Of a stretch of DNA of 64,000 nucleotides, positions 61,678 through 64,000 are shown piece by piece. The notes beneath the pieces are model-generated. The model worked only from the letters and a program-made list of their open reading frames with translations. It searched no databases and was not told the DNA's origin. Position numbers and translations under genes: made by a program. Origin of the DNA: Marsupella aquatica (lineage: Eukaryota; Plantae; Marchantiophyta); NCBI GenBank assembly GCA_973895155.1, contig OZ316899.1:14387934-14451933 (forward strand), written 5' to 3'. Position 1 is the first letter of the stretch. Each line of letters begins with the position of its first letter.

Positions 61678-61999
61678 TAGGTGAGGCTGGGTAATTTAAA
61701 TAGGGCTACTATGTTGACATTGTTGTCTGCCTCTGAGCATTCATGAACCCTAGATGTCTATCTAGATACCCAATGTGGATGCATCGATGGTAAATTTTCT
61801 TACTCTCCTCTTGCTCATCCTTTGTACCAGTCAATTTCTATGTATTGTCACAGGTTTATTTGGTTTAGGGTTCACTCACTTCATACATGCATATTATGTA
61901 GATTTGAATACTCACTTTACATGCACTACCAGACTCAGGTAATTTCTCTGGCTGTGCTTTCATGTCACAGAGTATTTACCTGGTACCTGTGATTGTTAC

Positions 62000-62470
62000 T
62001 CTAATACTAAGTATTAGTTTAGTACCTTCGGGTATTAGTCTAATACAATAAGGTATTACTGTAAGAGTTTCAGGTGTTAGTCAATTCCCCTGGTATTTTC
62101 ATAATACCTCAAGTACTATTATCTCAATACCGTTGAGTTTTATCTCAATACCATTGAGTATTATCATAATACCATTGAGTATTATCACAAAACCGTGTAT
62201 TATTATCATAATACCTTGTAGTATTGTCACAATACCGTGTAGTATTATGTAAATACCTTGTAGTATTATGTAAATACCTTGTCAGTAGTATTATATAAAT
62301 ACCTTGTCAGTAGTATTATGTAAATACCTTGTAGTATTATGTAAATACCTTTGAGTATTATGTAAATACCTTTGAGTATTATGTAAGTTACGCGTTTGAG
62401 TATTGTTTCAAATTCTTGCGAGTATTAGTTCAATACCTTTGAGTAGTAGTGTAATCCCTTGAGGATTGTG
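62000..62470. repeat. 21-bp AT-rich minisatellite with internal dyad (AATAC-n6-GTATT)
   Basis: AATACCTTGTAGTATTATGTA and variants, more than a dozen copies. Confidence 0.9.
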
Positions 62471-62654
62471 TGTCATGTTGTGGTAGTGCAAGCAAGGTTT
62501 TGTCATTGAATATCCATCGGGAATCCTTGAGTATTGATTTGAGTATTGGACTTGTAGTTTTGCAGGATCTTGTTGACGCAGAAGAATGGGGACTCCTGTA
62601 ACAGAAGTTGAGCAGGTCGTGGAAGCAGGGTAGTCTGCTTCATTTCAAGATGTC

Positions 62655-63209
62655 GTGGTTCATATTGTGAACTTTCATTCAACCTTCCCCCATCCTAGGC
62701 GCTTTATTTATAAAGCATGCTCACATCGGCTAGGACATGGAGGCATTTGTGGCACATCAAAGGAGCTCGGCCGGCAGGTGTGTGGCCATGCAGGGGAGGG
62801 TGTTGATACATATGGTTTTGAAGTTGTGATTGTTGATGCGGTGTTTAAGCAGGCAACCCCCATTCGTGCTGAGATTCGGGATAGCGCTTCAGTCTGGTTG
62901 GGGCTAGGAGCTTCAGACCTACGAGCTTGCACCGAACAGGAGCAGATGGACTACATCCGGGCTGTTGCCTTGCAGTGTCGAAGGTGCTCAGTGGCCTTGG
63001 CTGCAAAAGATGGGGTACTATCAATGGAAATTTTGTCTCTCCTTGGGGTTCCTACCCATAGTTGGGTCCCCTGGCCTCTCACTGTGATAGTTTCTAGATC
63101 CCACCCAAGGTCCACCAATGTGGAACGATCCCTCGTACCAAGAGGATCTGTCCTTTTGGACCAATTGGAGGGTATTTTAGTCGCACTTCGCCATCAAGGT
63201 TTAGACTAG
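62655..63209 (+). CDS. Possible RPA70 C-terminal OB-fold-like protein fragment
   Basis: FIYKACSH...ICG...VCGH...YGFEVVIVD...ASVWLGLGASDL follows the Y.AC/Zn-ribbon/Y.....I.D/A..LLG..A..L pattern of RPA70C. Confidence 0.45.
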   Translation: MVHIVNFHSTFPHPRRFIYKACSHRLGHGGICGTSKELGRQVCGHAGEGVDTYGFEVVIVDAVFKQATPIRAEIRDSASVWLGLGASDLRACTEQEQMDYIRAVALQCRRCSVALAAKDGVLSMEILSLLGVPTHSWVPWPLTVIVSRSHPRSTNVERSLVPRGSVLLDQLEGILVALRHQGLD

Positions 63210-64000
63210 GAATGAGGTGATCTGAGGAGAATGTTTTGGGAATTGTAGAGACATATATAGAGCTGCAATTTTTGCAGTAGTGTTTTTGCATACGGATTTT
63301 GTGGCCAGGATTTTCTACAGGCCCCAACAGTTTAGTGTGGTTCTTTCTATCTCTGCTTGGATTAGTTACAATCAATCAATCTTGTATCCTGTGAGTACTT
63401 GATTTACTGTACAAAGCTAAAGTCTAGCTTGCATAAATAAATTGAGTGACTACAAGATGTCTCATTTTGTACAAATCTTGATGTATTGGAAACTATAGAG
63501 AAATAGAGTTGCCTACTTGACAATTGCTAGAGTAGTTTTTTTAATCGCGGAAAAGTGAACTGAATTCTACAGGCCAAACAGTTCAATGGATTACATGGAT
63601 TTGTTACAGTCAATTTTGTAATCCGCATGGTATTGCATTTACTATTGAAAGCAACAGGACTTGCACTGTAAATAAACTGAGCGAGTGTTTGTGACTCGTG
63701 TTTGTGAAGAAACAATGAATGAGTTTAATTTTTGTTTATAGTCCAAAATGTTGGCCTTCAACAATGCCAAGCTTTCGACCTATATCCAGGTTGTTGTTTG
63801 GATCATAATGTAGATGTTAGCGCAATTAGTTATTGTGAGAAACCTTAGAAAGTGAACCCTTCATAGCAATCATTTGCCTTGGAATAGAAAATGTCATTGA
63901 TGCTCATAGTGATCTCAGTATGTACACTCAGGAAAAAACTGAATGAGTGTACATACTGGTACTGTGAAACAATCATGCTCCTCCTTTGATGATTGAAATA

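Overview
Eukaryotic, repeat-saturated DNA. The element families suggest a non-seed land plant such as a bryophyte (inference). No clear host housekeeping gene, RNA gene or CRISPR array is present. The window is a nest of mostly decayed transposons: (1) 3.0-9.1 kb, two copies of an orphan TE-accessory gene bracketed by TTACGAG repeats and joined by a 364-bp fold-back around a copia LTR/PBS; (2) 12.1-27.1 kb, three copies of an LTR-like unit containing a ~1,200-codon coiled-coil ORF (one complete 4.7-kb copy with a 5-bp TSD), hit repeatedly by Ty3/gypsy LTRs; (3) a 5'-truncated L1 LINE with a 13-bp TSD; (4) a minus-strand chromovirus whose chromodomain is split by a complete 15.3-kb CACTA/En-Spm element (14-bp TIRs, TAA TSD), which itself holds a copia element with identical LTRs; (5) a second gypsy pol, then a RING-finger accessory gene, a palindromic minisatellite and an RPA-like ORF. 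The strongest candidate for an undescribed system is inside the CACTA element: a SET-domain (lysine methyltransferase-like) terminal exon sits in the first coding intron of the transposase gene and appears to share its first exon, while a TnpA-like gene is transcribed divergently. The second candidate is the protein-coding giant LTR-like unit. All domain calls are by motif recognition only; no database searches were run.
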